Source of the DNA: an uncultured Veillonellaceae bacterium
Lineage (GTDB): Bacteria; Bacillota; Negativicutes; Veillonellales; Dialisteraceae
Reading direction: 5' to 3'
Length of the DNA stretch: 64,000 nucleotides
NCBI GenBank assembly: GCA_958348245.1
Contig: CATVYJ010000005.1
Coordinates: 13,625 to 77,624 of the forward strand
Shown: in pieces, positions 27,649-36,991 of the stretch
How the letters are laid out: each line of letters starts with the position of its first letter
Position numbering within the stretch: position 1 is the first letter of the stretch
Position numbers and translations under genes: made by a program
Notes under the pieces: generated by a model
Told to the model about the DNA's origin: nothing
Databases searched by the model: none
What the model saw: only the letters and a program-made list of their open reading frames with translations

Positions 27649-27663
27649 CGCGCACATAAAAAA

Positions 27664-27698
27664 GACCTGTCTCCTTTTTCGGGAGGCAGGTTTTTATT
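27664..27698. terminator. bidirectional intrinsic terminator between the convergent genes
   Basis: acctgtctcc tttttcg ggaggcaggt tttt. Confidence 0.55.
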
Positions 27699-27705
27699 TG
27701 GTATT

Positions 27706-28329
27706 TCACAGGAAGAGGAGGCCCGCGGCGATGAAGGTGAGGATGCCGCCTTCCACGCGGCTCATGATGAGCGAGAACTTTTTGATGCCCAGGATGCGGT
27801 CCCGGATTTTTCCCGCGCAGAACGCCACGAGGGAGAAGCAGCAGAAGGCCTGTACGGCGAAGGTCGCGCCGAGCACGGCGAGCTGGGCCGACGGGGAGAG
27901 GCCGGCGGCGGGGTCCACGAACTGCGGCAGGAGCGCGAGGAAGAAGAGGAGCACCTTCGGATTGAGGGCGTTCATGATGAGGCCCCGCCGGTAGAGCGCG
28001 CCTTTATTGTACGCGTCTTCCGCGCCGGGGAGCGCCAGCGGCTCGGGCTTCGCGCGGAATGCGCCCCACGCGAGGTAGAGGAGGTACGCAGCGCCGAGAT
28101 AGGTGAGCACGTGGAACGCGGTGGGCGAGCTCTGGATGAAGGCGGCCACGCCGATGACCACGAGGGCCGTGTGGAAGAGGGGGCCCGTGGCGAGGCCCGC
28201 CGCGAGGGTCACACCCTGCCTCGTGCCGGAGCGGAGGCTCTTCGCGAGGAGGTACATGATGTCCGGCCCGGGCATGAAGGTGAGAAGGATCGCCGCCGCC
28301 GTGAAGGAGAGCCAGTCGATGGGATTCAT
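27706..28329 (-). CDS. LysE/RhtB-family amino-acid exporter
   Basis: MNPIDWLSFTAAAILLTFMPGPDIMYLLAKSLRSGTRQG... Start taken at the internal ATG (28329). Confidence 0.8.
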   Translation of the reverse strand: MNPIDWLSFTAAAILLTFMPGPDIMYLLAKSLRSGTRQGVTLAAGLATGPLFHTALVVIGVAAFIQSSPTAFHVLTYLGAAYLLYLAWGAFRAKPEPLALPGAEDAYNKGALYRRGLIMNALNPKVLLFFLALLPQFVDPAAGLSPSAQLAVLGATFAVQAFCCFSLVAFCAGKIRDRILGIKKFSLIMSRVEGGILTFIAAGLLFL

Positions 28330-28805
28330 TCCGCCGCCTGCCAGTTCTTGCACACGTCCACCCAGCCGAGGGACTTCGAGGTTGTTTCCAGTTCGGGGAG
28401 GGAGAGGCGCACCGCGCTGTGGTCCGTGCCCGCCGCGGGGTAGACCGTCTCGAAGCGCCGGAGCGACACGTCGAGGTAGACCGGCACGCCGTCCGGCAGG
28501 CAGAAGGGACACACCCCGCCCGGGCGGTGGCCGATGTATTTCTCGCAGTCCGCGCCGGGAATCATCTTCGCCTTCGTGTGGAAGGTCTCCTTGAATTTGT
28601 GATTGTCGATTTTCGCGTCGCCCGCGGTGACGATGATGAGCGGCGCGTCGCCCGCGAGGAAGGACATGGTCTTGGCGATGTGCGCTTCCTCACAGCCGAG
28701 GGCGCGGGCGGCGAGCGCCACCGTGGCGGACGATTCGGAGAGGTCGATCACCCGGTCTTCGAGACCGAGGGACGCGAAATAGGATTTGACAGCTTCAAAC
28801 GACAT
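28326..28805 (-). CDS. YbaK/ProX-type aminoacyl-tRNA deacylase (Cys-tRNA(Pro) deacylase-like)
   Basis: MSFEAVKSYFASLGLEDRVIDLSESSATVALAARALGCEEAHIAKTMSFLAGDAPLIIVTAGDAKIDNHKFKE... Confidence 0.75.
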   Translation of the reverse strand: MSFEAVKSYFASLGLEDRVIDLSESSATVALAARALGCEEAHIAKTMSFLAGDAPLIIVTAGDAKIDNHKFKETFHTKAKMIPGADCEKYIGHRPGGVCPFCLPDGVPVYLDVSLRRFETVYPAAGTDHSAVRLSLPELETTSKSLGWVDVCKNWQAAE

Positions 28806-28948
28806 GACGATACGCTCCTTCTTATTTTTATGCGTAAATCCAGTATAGCATCTCCGCCGGGGCCGCTTCAAGACGGATATACAAAACGGGCGCGCCGTGT
28901 TATGGTAAAGGAGAACCCCTGTGTTTTCTGAGCAAAGGAGGCATTTCC

Positions 28949-29332
28949 ATGGAAATCATTCATTCTGACCACGCGCCGGCCGCTCTCGGCCCGTATTCGC
29001 AGGCCATCCGCACGGGCGGCCTCGTCTTCTGCTCGGGCCAGCTCGGTCTCGACCCTGCCACGGGCAAGCTCGCTGGCGCGACCGTAGAGGAGCAGGCGGA
29101 GCAGGCCTGCCGCAACGTGGAGGCTGTACTCATCGCCGCGGGCCTCTCGCTGAACGACGTGGTGAAGACCACGTGCTTCCTCGCGGACATGGGCGATTTC
29201 GCGGCGTTTAACGCGGTGTATGCGAAATATTTCGTGAGCAAGCCCGCGCGGAGCTGCTTCGCCGTGAAGGCGCTGCCCTCGGGCGGCCTCTGCGAGATCG
29301 AAGCGGTGGCGGCCGTGCCGCTGGACGACTGA
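28949..29332 (+). CDS. ridA: RidA/YjgF-family reactive-intermediate deaminase
   Basis: MEIIHSDHAPAALGPYSQAIRTGGLVFCSGQLGLDPATGKL...KTTCFLADMGDFAAFNAVYAKYF. Confidence 0.9.
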   Translation: MEIIHSDHAPAALGPYSQAIRTGGLVFCSGQLGLDPATGKLAGATVEEQAEQACRNVEAVLIAAGLSLNDVVKTTCFLADMGDFAAFNAVYAKYFVSKPARSCFAVKALPSGGLCEIEAVAAVPLDD

Positions 29333-29343
29333 GGAGGCGCGCC

Positions 29344-29919
29344 ATGACAATGACGGAACTGGCCCTCGCCTGCCGCACGTACCGGCGCTTCACGCAGGAC
29401 GAGGTGCCGCAGGAGCTGCTGGCCATGATGGTGGAGAACGCCCGCATTTCGAACAGCGCCATGAACCAGCAGCCGCTGCGCTACGTGGTGGTGCGCGAGC
29501 CGGAGCTGGTGGCGGCCATGCAGCCGCTGCTCCACTGGGCGGCGAAGCTCCCGAAGGAGATCGGCACGCCGAAGGAAGGCGAGCAGCCTACGGCCTTCAT
29601 CGTGGTCTGCACGGAAGGGCGCGACACGCCGTACACGGGCGTGGACATGGGCATCGCCGTGCGCACCATGACGCTCACTGCCTGCGAGGGCGGCGTGGGG
29701 AGCTGCATCATGGGCGCGGTGGAATTTCCGAAGGTGGCGGAGCTCCTGGAAATCCCCGCGGAGTGGCGGCCCCGCCTCGTGCTCTCGCTGGGCTACCCGG
29801 ACCACGCGAGCGTCGTCACGGACCTGCCGGAGAGCGGGAAGACGGACTACTACGTCAACGAAGACCGGGACTACTTCGTCCCGAAACGGAGCCAGGAGGA
29901 TATTGTCCTCTGGCGGTGA
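29344..29919 (+). CDS. nitroreductase-family protein
   Basis: 191 aa, ...RRFTQDEVPQELLAMMVENARISNSAMNQQPLRYVVV... Confidence 0.7.
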   Translation: MTMTELALACRTYRRFTQDEVPQELLAMMVENARISNSAMNQQPLRYVVVREPELVAAMQPLLHWAAKLPKEIGTPKEGEQPTAFIVVCTEGRDTPYTGVDMGIAVRTMTLTACEGGVGSCIMGAVEFPKVAELLEIPAEWRPRLVLSLGYPDHASVVTDLPESGKTDYYVNEDRDYFVPKRSQEDIVLWR

Positions 29920-29929
29920 ATCGTACAGG

Positions 29930-29953
29930 AAAGCGGCCGCGCGCCGCTTTTTC
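29930..29953 (+). terminator. intrinsic terminator
   Basis: aaagcggccgcgcgccgcttttt. Confidence 0.55.
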
Positions 29954-30039
29954 TGTTTCTAATAAAAAAATAATCGGAAAATCCGCCGCGCCTCTCTTGC
30001 CAGCGGAAAATTTTTCTGCTATCATTACTCATGTTGTAT

Positions 30040-30115
30040 TCCTGAATAGCTCAGTTGGTAGAGCAATCGGCTGTTAACCGATCGGTCGTAGGTTCGAGTC
30101 CTACTTCAGGAGCCA
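30040..30115 (+). tRNA. tRNA-Asn (anticodon GTT)
   Basis: tcctgaatagctcagttggtagagcaatcggctGTTaaccgatcggtcgtaggttcgagtcctacttcaggagcca cloverleaf with a 7-bp acceptor stem and CCA end. Confidence 0.9.
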
Positions 30116-30116
30116 T

Positions 30117-30191
30117 GGCCTGTTCGTCAAGTGGTTAAGACACCGCCCTTTCACGGCGGGTTCGGGGGTTCGAATCCCCCACAGGTCACCA
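30117..30191 (+). tRNA. tRNA-Glu (anticodon TTC)
   Basis: ggcctgttcgtcaagtggttaagacaccgcccttTCacggcgggttcgggggttcgaatcccccacaggtcacca. Confidence 0.85.
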
Positions 30192-30200
30192 TTTTTTTAT

Positions 30201-30276
30201 GGGCGATTAGCTCAGCTGGGAGAGCGCCTGCCTTACAAGCAGGATGTCAGCAGTTCGATCCTGTTATCGCCCACCA
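30201..30276 (+). tRNA. tRNA-Val (anticodon TAC)
   Basis: gggcgattagctcagctgggagagcgcctgcctTACaagcaggatgtcagcagttcgatcctgttatcgcccacca. Confidence 0.9.
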
Positions 30277-30285
30277 CGGGAAGAA

Positions 30286-30320
30286 AGCAGTCTGCCGCGT
30301 CATGCCGGACTGCTTTTTTT
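30286..30320 (+). terminator. intrinsic terminator after the tRNA cluster
   Basis: agcagtc tgccgcgtcatgccg gactgc ttttttt. Confidence 0.55.
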
Positions 30321-30331
30321 CGTGCGGAAAA

Positions 30332-30360
30332 CCCGCCTCCTTTTCGAGGCGGGCTTTTAT
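30332..30360. terminator. second hairpin/U-tract, likely also the bidirectional terminator for the convergent tetR gene
   Basis: cccgcctc cttttc gaggcggg cttttat. Confidence 0.5.
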
Positions 30361-30953
30361 TTTGCCTTTCCTTTCTGCAGGGACGCGAGGCCGCCCAGCT
30401 TGAAGCGGAAGATCAGGTCCTGCATGGCGTACCACCGGTCGTTCTGCTCCCACCCGAGAGCGGTATTCACGGCGAAGCTTCCCTGCAGGAGGAAGCGGAA
30501 AAGAATCTCCGCCTCGGGCCGGGACAGGGAGGCGGTGCGCATGATGACGGGCACCATGGAGTCTTTCGCCATGTCGTACAGGAAGGACAGGATGGGGCCG
30601 GGGAGGTCCGGGTCGAGGAGGAGCGCCCGGTATTTCGGTGACTCCGCCGCGCGCTGGCAGAGGGGGAGAAAGCTGTCCTCCGTGAGGCGGCCCGCCTCGG
30701 CGGTCTGCCGCAGCCGGGCGAAAAAATGGGCGCTCGTTTCCTCCTGAATCTGGAACGCGTCCATCAGCACGTCGGTGAGCACTTCGTCCAGATTGGCGTA
30801 GTGCAGGTAGAAGGTGGCGCGGGCGATGTCCGCCTTCCGGCACAGGAGCGTCACCGACAGGCGGCGCCAGCCGCCCTTGGCGACGAGTTCGAGGAAGGCG
30901 TCCTTGATGGCGGCGCGCGTGTACTGCGTCCGCCGGCTGCTTCGTTCGGTCAT
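30357..30953 (-). CDS. TetR/AcrR-family transcriptional regulator
   Basis: MTERSSRRTQYTRAAIKDAFLELVAKGGWRRLSVTLLCRKADIARATFYLHYANLDEVL. Internal start; divergent from the deacetylase operon. Confidence 0.85.
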   Translation of the reverse strand: MTERSSRRTQYTRAAIKDAFLELVAKGGWRRLSVTLLCRKADIARATFYLHYANLDEVLTDVLMDAFQIQEETSAHFFARLRQTAEAGRLTEDSFLPLCQRAAESPKYRALLLDPDLPGPILSFLYDMAKDSMVPVIMRTASLSRPEAEILFRFLLQGSFAVNTALGWEQNDRWYAMQDLIFRFKLGGLASLQKGKAK

Positions 30954-31098
30954 GGGGAGCTCCTTTCGTGGACAAAAATGAAAAGCTGTATGAAAAATAG
31001 ACAGATCCCGCGGGCTGTACTTGGCCCCGGCCGGCATTTCTCTATAATGATTATAGACAAGGTGTCCAGAAAAAGGAAAGAAAAGAAAGGAGACTCTC

Positions 31099-32229
31099 AT
31101 GACGGAAACAAAACCGACCGGCCTAATGTACAGCGAGGAATTCAACGAGCACAACCCCTGCGCGGGGGCGCTGCTTTTCCCCGCGGCGTACAACAAATGG
31201 CTCGAGCAGGACGATTACTACGACAATCCGAAGCGCCTGCGCCCTACGTACCGTCTTCTCGTGCGGAGCGGCCTTGCGGCGCGGCTCGCGCCCATCGCGC
31301 CGCGCATGGCCTCGGAGGAGGAGCTGCTCTATTTCCATACGCCGGCCTATCTGGAAAAACTGAAAACGCTCAGCGAAGGAGCGGGCGGCTCCGCCGGTCC
31401 CTGCGCGTGGGTGGGCCACGGCTCGTACGACGTCATCCGTCTCGCCGTGGGCGGCGACCTCGAGGCGGTAGACGCGGTCATGCGGGGCGACGTGCGGAAC
31501 GCTTTCTGCCTCCAGCGGCCGCCGGGCGCGCACGCCTGCCGGGACGAAGGATTCGGCTTCTGCATCGTGAACTGCTTCAACATCATGGCGGAGTACGCCC
31601 GCCGGAAGTACGGCCTCCGGCGCATCCTCATCGTGGATTTCGACAACCATTACAAGATGGGCGTGCAGCAGGCGTGGTACGGCAGCCCGGAGGTGCTCTA
31701 CGCGGAAATCCATCAGACGGGACTCTCGGCCATCAATTCGCCCCACGACGTGGACGCGCTCCACGTGGGCGAAGGGGCGGGCCGCGGGTACAACGTGCCC
31801 ATCCCCATGACCGCCGGCGCGGGGGACAAGGCGTATCTCAAAGCTTTCCGGGAAATCATCGAGCCCATCGCCGACCAGTACCGGCCCGAGCTGGTGCTCC
31901 TCGTGGCGGGCTACGCGTCGAACATCTGCGACCCGCTCTGCCGGCAGCAGCTCACCGCCGAAGGCTACCGGGCGCTCACGGGCATCGTCATGGGCATCGC
32001 CGAGCGCCACTGCGAAGGCCGCCTCGTGGCCGTCATGGAAGGCGGGCAGGGCGTGTACATGCCCTTCTGCGTGCTCCGCACTCTCGAGGCGCTCTCCGGC
32101 GAGACCACGGAGGTGGACGACCCCATCGAGGCGTTCATCGACCCCGTACACGGCAACGACGTCACCGTCGATCAGGAGCGCCGCATCGAAGAGGCGAAGC
32201 GCATCCAGAGCGCGTTCTGGAAATTGTGA
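31099..32229 (+). CDS. histone deacetylase-family protein (AcuC / acetylpolyamine amidohydrolase-like)
   Basis: 376 aa, ...FCLQRPPGAHACRDEGFGFCIVN...ILIVDFDNHYKMG...GYNVPIPM... arginase/deacetylase fold motifs. Confidence 0.75.
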   Translation: MTETKPTGLMYSEEFNEHNPCAGALLFPAAYNKWLEQDDYYDNPKRLRPTYRLLVRSGLAARLAPIAPRMASEEELLYFHTPAYLEKLKTLSEGAGGSAGPCAWVGHGSYDVIRLAVGGDLEAVDAVMRGDVRNAFCLQRPPGAHACRDEGFGFCIVNCFNIMAEYARRKYGLRRILIVDFDNHYKMGVQQAWYGSPEVLYAEIHQTGLSAINSPHDVDALHVGEGAGRGYNVPIPMTAGAGDKAYLKAFREIIEPIADQYRPELVLLVAGYASNICDPLCRQQLTAEGYRALTGIVMGIAERHCEGRLVAVMEGGQGVYMPFCVLRTLEALSGETTEVDDPIEAFIDPVHGNDVTVDQERRIEEAKRIQSAFWKL

Positions 32230-32247
32230 CATACAGGAGGTCTGTCT

Positions 32248-33054
32248 ATGAAGATTCAGCTCATTCGCAATGCAATGATCAAAATCACCTGCGGCGGCGT
32301 CACCTTCCTCGTGGACCCGTGGCTCGCGGAGAAGGGAAGCATGGGCACCTTCCGCCAGCTCCGGGCAGCGGGTATGGATTTCAGCCCCGCCGTCGAAGAG
32401 CAGTGGGACATCCCCATGCCCATGTGCGCCCTGCCGCTCCAGCGGGAGACCGTCCTCGCCGGCGTGGACGCATACATCGTGACGCACCTTCACCCGGACC
32501 ATGTGGACATGCTGCTTGACGGCACCGTGGGCGCGCCTCTCGACCACAGCGTGCCTCTCTTCGTGCAGAGCGCGGACGACGGCGCGGTCTTCACGAAGTC
32601 CGGTTTCACCGATGTGCGTGTCCTCTCGGAGGGAGGAACCGATTTCGGCGGCGTGCGCCTCACGAAGACGCCCGGACGCCACGGTACGGAGACGCCCTGC
32701 GGCCCGTCGTGCGGCTTCCTCCTCGAAGCGCCGGGCGAGCCCGTCCTCTACGCCGCGGGCGACACCATCTGGTACGACGGCGTGGCGGAGACCCTCGCGG
32801 CGCATCGGCCCGGCGTGATCGTCCTCAATGCGTGCGCCGCGCGGCTGGAAGGGTACGGCCGCCTCATCATGGACGGACGCGACGTGGGCGAAGTGCGCCG
32901 CGCCGCTCCGGACGCGGACATCGCGGTGGTGCACATGGACACGGTGGCCCACGCGTGCCTCACCCGCCAGTCCCTGCGGCTCTATCTCGACGCGCACGGC
33001 CTCGGCGATGTGCGCATGCCCGCCGACGGGGAGACGCTCGCCTTCACGAAGTGA
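32248..33054 (+). CDS. MBL-fold metallo-hydrolase
   Basis: THLHPDHVDML (HxHxDH), 268 aa. Confidence 0.7.
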   Translation: MKIQLIRNAMIKITCGGVTFLVDPWLAEKGSMGTFRQLRAAGMDFSPAVEEQWDIPMPMCALPLQRETVLAGVDAYIVTHLHPDHVDMLLDGTVGAPLDHSVPLFVQSADDGAVFTKSGFTDVRVLSEGGTDFGGVRLTKTPGRHGTETPCGPSCGFLLEAPGEPVLYAAGDTIWYDGVAETLAAHRPGVIVLNACAARLEGYGRLIMDGRDVGEVRRAAPDADIAVVHMDTVAHACLTRQSLRLYLDAHGLGDVRMPADGETLAFTK

Positions 33055-33291
33055 GGGCGCGGATGCCGGAGCGTTTCATTTGACGGGGCGCCGCAATTCC
33101 GCTATAATCGGGATGTAAAATTTGAGTGGACTTTTCCGGATTTCCCGTCATCTTTTTGCCACACAGCGATGTGAACGCTGTGTGGCTTTTTTGTACCCCC
33201 GATGCGGAAAGGCCGGAGGAAGGAGGCTATCCATGAAAGACAGGAAAGGGGCGGGCCGCCCCGTGCGAAAGAAAGGAGGGAGAGGGGACGC

Positions 33292-34656
33292 ATGACCTCT
33301 GCCAATAAGATGGCGGCTGCGCCCATGGGCCGCCTCCTCTGCGGGATGTCCGCGCCGCCGCTGCTCTCCATGGGCCTGCAGTATTCCTACAATCTGGTGG
33401 ACAGCGCCTTCGTGGCGCAGCTCGGGGAGAACGCGCTCGCGGCGGTGTCCCTGTCCTTTCCCATCACGACGCTCATGAACGCGGCGTCCATCTGGATCGG
33501 CGTGGGCGTGAACGTCGTGATTGCCGGGTATCTCGGCCGGAGGGAGCCGGAGCGGGCCGATGCGGCGGTCACGCACGGGCTGATTCTGGCGCTTCTCGTG
33601 GGCGCGCTCCTCAATGCGCTTTCTCTCTGGATCATGGAGCCGTATTTCCGCGCCTTCACCGGCAATGCGGACATCTGCGCGCTGGGCGTGGCCTACATGG
33701 GAATCTGCTCCTTCATGCAGATCCCGAACATGGTGCATATCGCCATCCAGAAAATGATCCAGGCCACGGGAAATATGGTGGGCCCCATGTGGTTCCAGCT
33801 CGCGGGCGTGGCGGTCAATTTCGTGCTGAACCCGCTCCTGATCTTCGGGCTGTGCGGATTCCCCGCCATGGGCATCTGCGGCTCGGCCGTGGCGACGGTG
33901 ACAGGTTACGCGGTGTCCACGGTCTTCGCGCTGGCCATGCTCCTCGGGACGAGGCAGGACGTGCGCGTGAAGGTCCGGGGCTTCCGCGTGGAGCCGCAGA
34001 TGATCAGGCGCATCTTCGCGCTGGGCCTGCCGTCCTTCCTCATGAACGCCCTCAGCTCGTTCATGGTGACCCTCGCGAACGGCTTCCTCGTCTCTTACTC
34101 CGATACGGCGGTGGCCTTCTTCGGCGCGTATTTCAAAGTGCAGCAGCTCATCGTCATGACGGTGAACGGCCTGATCCAGGGCGTCCTGCCGGTGATGAGC
34201 TTCAACCACGGCGCGGGGGACCGGGCGCGCCTCCGCAGCGCCTTCTGCTGGGGCACCGCGCTGGTCACGGCCATGATGGCGCTGGGGACGGCGGCGGTGG
34301 AGCTTTTCCCGGCGGAAATCCTCCGCGCCTTCGACGCGTCGGATGCGATGCTTGCCTTCGGGGTGCCCGCCATGCGGATCATGGCGGCGAGCTACCTCTT
34401 CTGCGGCTTTTCCACGATGATCGCCACCTATTTCCAGGCGGTGGGCCGGGTGGGGGCCAGCATGGGCATCCAGCTGTGCCGGCAGCTGCTCTTCCTCGCG
34501 CCCGTCATGTGGGGACTGGAGCGGTGGCTCCATCTGGACGGCGTCTGGCTCGCTTTCCCCGCGGCGGAAGCCGCCGCCCTGGCCGCGGCCCTTGCCCTGA
34601 TGGCGCGGCGTCATGAAAACGTCCCGGCCTGCACGGGCCGGAAGGAGGAACGATGA
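33292..34656 (+). CDS. MATE-family efflux transporter
   Basis: Start after aaaggagggagagggg. Typical MATE 12-TM pattern. Tandem with the next paralog. Confidence 0.8.
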   Translation: MTSANKMAAAPMGRLLCGMSAPPLLSMGLQYSYNLVDSAFVAQLGENALAAVSLSFPITTLMNAASIWIGVGVNVVIAGYLGRREPERADAAVTHGLILALLVGALLNALSLWIMEPYFRAFTGNADICALGVAYMGICSFMQIPNMVHIAIQKMIQATGNMVGPMWFQLAGVAVNFVLNPLLIFGLCGFPAMGICGSAVATVTGYAVSTVFALAMLLGTRQDVRVKVRGFRVEPQMIRRIFALGLPSFLMNALSSFMVTLANGFLVSYSDTAVAFFGAYFKVQQLIVMTVNGLIQGVLPVMSFNHGAGDRARLRSAFCWGTALVTAMMALGTAAVELFPAEILRAFDASDAMLAFGVPAMRIMAASYLFCGFSTMIATYFQAVGRVGASMGIQLCRQLLFLAPVMWGLERWLHLDGVWLAFPAAEAAALAAALALMARRHENVPACTGRKEER

Positions 34657-36029
34657 AAAACGATACCTTTATGAAAGAAAAGCCGGTACTGCCGCTCCTT
34701 CTCTCGATGTCGCTTCCCATGGTCCTGTCCATGATGGTCAACTCCCTCTACAACATCGTGGACAGCTTCTTCGTGGCGCAGATCAGCGAGGACGCCATGA
34801 CCGCGCTGTCGCTGGTCTTCCCCGTGCAGAATTTCATCAACGCCGCGGCGATCGGCTTCGGCGTGGGGATCAATGCGGTCACTGCCTTTTATCTGGGCGC
34901 GGGGGAGGTAGACAAGGCGGACCGCGCGGCCTCGCAGGGGCTCCTCCTGTCCTTACTCCACAGCGCGGTGCTGACCGTCGTCTGCATCGCCGTCATGCCC
35001 ACATTCCTGCGTCTCTTCACCTCCTCGGAGAATGTGGCGGCGCTCGGCTTCCGCTACTCGGTCGTCGCTTTCGCCTTCACGGGCATCATCATCACGGGTC
35101 TGACCTTCGAGAAACTCTTTCAGGCGGTGGGGCGCATGAAACTCACCATGGCGAGCCTCATGTGCGGTTGCGCGGCGAATATCGTCCTTGACCCCGTGCT
35201 CATCTTCGGCTGGGGCCCCTTCCCGGCCATGGGCATCGAAGGGGCGGCGCTGGCCACGGGCATCGGGCAGGTCCTGACGCTTGCCATTTACCTTTTCGTC
35301 TACCGGACGCAGCCCATCCGCGTGCACATCCGCCGGAGTTACATGACTCTCGACCAGCCGATGGCGCTCAAACTGTACTCCATCGGCATCCCCGCCACGC
35401 TGAACCTCGCCCTGCCGTCGCTCCTCGTGTCCGCGCTCAACGCGCTCCTTTCGGCCTACTCCGAAGTGTATGTTCTGGTGCTCGGCATCTATTACAAACT
35501 GCAGACCTTCATCTATCTCCCGGCGAATGGCATCGTGCAGGGCATGCGCCCCCTCGTCGGCTACAACTACGGCGCGGGCGAATCCCGGCGGGTCGATCAG
35601 ATCTACCGCATCGCCCTCTGCATGAGCGGCGCCATCATGGCCGTGGGCACCGTGCTCTGCCTGATTTTCCCGGAGACGCTGATGGGACTTTTCACCCATA
35701 CGGACGAGGCCATCCGGGCCGGGGAGACCGCCCTCCGGATCATCAGCGCAGGCTTCCTCGTCTCCGCCGTCTCCGTCACCGCCTCCGGCGCGCTGGAAGG
35801 GCTGGGCAAAGGCGGCCCCTCCCTCCTCATCTCGCTCTGCCGGTACGTGCTCGTCATCCTCCCCGCGGCGGTCCTGCTGAGCCGCCTCTTCGGCGCCGTC
35901 GGCGTCTGGCACGCCTTCTGGGTCTCCGAAGCCGTCACCGCCGTCCTCGCCGCCCTCATCTACCGCCGCGCCTCCGCCCGGCATCCTGACTCTGTCCGCT
36001 CCCTCCGCCCCGCCCTGCGGCAGCGCTGA
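34653..36029 (+). CDS. MATE-family efflux transporter (paralog)
   Basis: MKNDTFMKEKPVLPLLLSMSLPMVLSMMVNSLYNIVDSFFVAQISEDAMTALSLVFPVQNFINAAAIGFGVG... Confidence 0.8.
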   Translation: MKNDTFMKEKPVLPLLLSMSLPMVLSMMVNSLYNIVDSFFVAQISEDAMTALSLVFPVQNFINAAAIGFGVGINAVTAFYLGAGEVDKADRAASQGLLLSLLHSAVLTVVCIAVMPTFLRLFTSSENVAALGFRYSVVAFAFTGIIITGLTFEKLFQAVGRMKLTMASLMCGCAANIVLDPVLIFGWGPFPAMGIEGAALATGIGQVLTLAIYLFVYRTQPIRVHIRRSYMTLDQPMALKLYSIGIPATLNLALPSLLVSALNALLSAYSEVYVLVLGIYYKLQTFIYLPANGIVQGMRPLVGYNYGAGESRRVDQIYRIALCMSGAIMAVGTVLCLIFPETLMGLFTHTDEAIRAGETALRIISAGFLVSAVSVTASGALEGLGKGGPSLLISLCRYVLVILPAAVLLSRLFGAVGVWHAFWVSEAVTAVLAALIYRRASARHPDSVRSLRPALRQR

Positions 36030-36245
36030 ATCCAAACGGATGCAGGTCCGCTTCCTCACGAGAAAGAACAATCCCATAAGGGGGCCGCGAAGCGGCGACA
36101 CAAAAATTTCCCGCGCCGCCTGCACAGAAAGTTTTTCCACGTATGTGGGTCCGCACCCCTATGAGAAAGTTCATTGGCCTCGCAGATGCGTCCGCACCGA
36201 CAGCTCCGGGCGCGGAGCTATCCCCTGCGCCCTCGAAGAGAGCGC

Positions 36246-36292
36246 AAAAAAATCCCGCAGGAAAGGATGAATTCCTTCCCGCGGGATTTTTT
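36246..36292. terminator. bidirectional terminator (A7-hairpin-U7)
   Basis: aaaaaaatcccgcaggaaaggatgaattccttcccgcgggatttttt. Confidence 0.6.
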
Positions 36293-36981
36293 CATGCGAT
36301 CTCGTAGACCACCGTCACCTGCGCGGTGATCTCCTGCTTATCCGGCGAGAGCGTCGTGCCCGGCGCGGCGTCGGCGGCCATGTTCATGACGGACCGGCCG
36401 TAGGGCGCGGCGGAGACGGACTGGGTGGAGACGGCGAGCACGCCCGTCACGGTGCAGCGGAGGCTCCCCGCGATGGCGTCCGCCTTGGCCTCTGCGTCTT
36501 TCGCGGCGGCGCGGAGCGCCCGGTCTTTGTACGCTTCCTCATCGGAGAGAGAGAAGATGACCGATCCGATGCGGCTCGCCCCCGCTTGGAGCGCCGCGTC
36601 GGAGACGTCTCCCGTGCGGGCGAGGTCTTTCACTTCCACTTTCAGGGAGTTCTGCACGCGGTAGGCGGCGGTTTTCATTTCCCCTTTCGGGTCGTATTCG
36701 GGATAGAGTGCGTAGTTTGCCGTGGAGAGTCCGTCGCTGGACGCGCCGGCGGCGATGACGGCATTGTACACGCGGGCGGAGATGTCCGCATTGTCCCGCG
36801 CGGCCCGGGCGGCGGTGTCCGATTTCGTTTCGATCACCACGTAGAGCGTGGCCGTGTCTGCGGCGGCGGTGACGTTTCCCGTGCCGGTGACGGTGAGGGT
36901 GCGCGGGTCGGCCGCGTATCCGGAAAGGCTGCCCGCCAGGACGAGTCCCGCGGTCAGAAGGGCGATGGCTGTGCGTTTCAT
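36292..36981 (-). CDS. SIMPL-domain (DUF541, BP26/OMP28-like) periplasmic protein
   Basis: Internal start MKRTAIALLTAGLVLAGSLSGYAADPRTLTVTGTGNV... after gaggagg. Confidence 0.7.
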   Translation of the reverse strand: MKRTAIALLTAGLVLAGSLSGYAADPRTLTVTGTGNVTAAADTATLYVVIETKSDTAARAARDNADISARVYNAVIAAGASSDGLSTANYALYPEYDPKGEMKTAAYRVQNSLKVEVKDLARTGDVSDAALQAGASRIGSVIFSLSDEEAYKDRALRAAAKDAEAKADAIAGSLRCTVTGVLAVSTQSVSAAPYGRSVMNMAADAAPGTTLSPDKQEITAQVTVVYEIA

Positions 36982-36991
36982 GGGAGCCTCC

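Noticed and set aside
30040-30364. tRNA cluster as an integration site of a mobile element (island boundary).
   Set aside because: There is no integrase, no direct repeat of a tRNA 3' end nearby, and the flanking genes are ordinary. The low-GC island lies 16 kb away and is not tRNA-adjacent.
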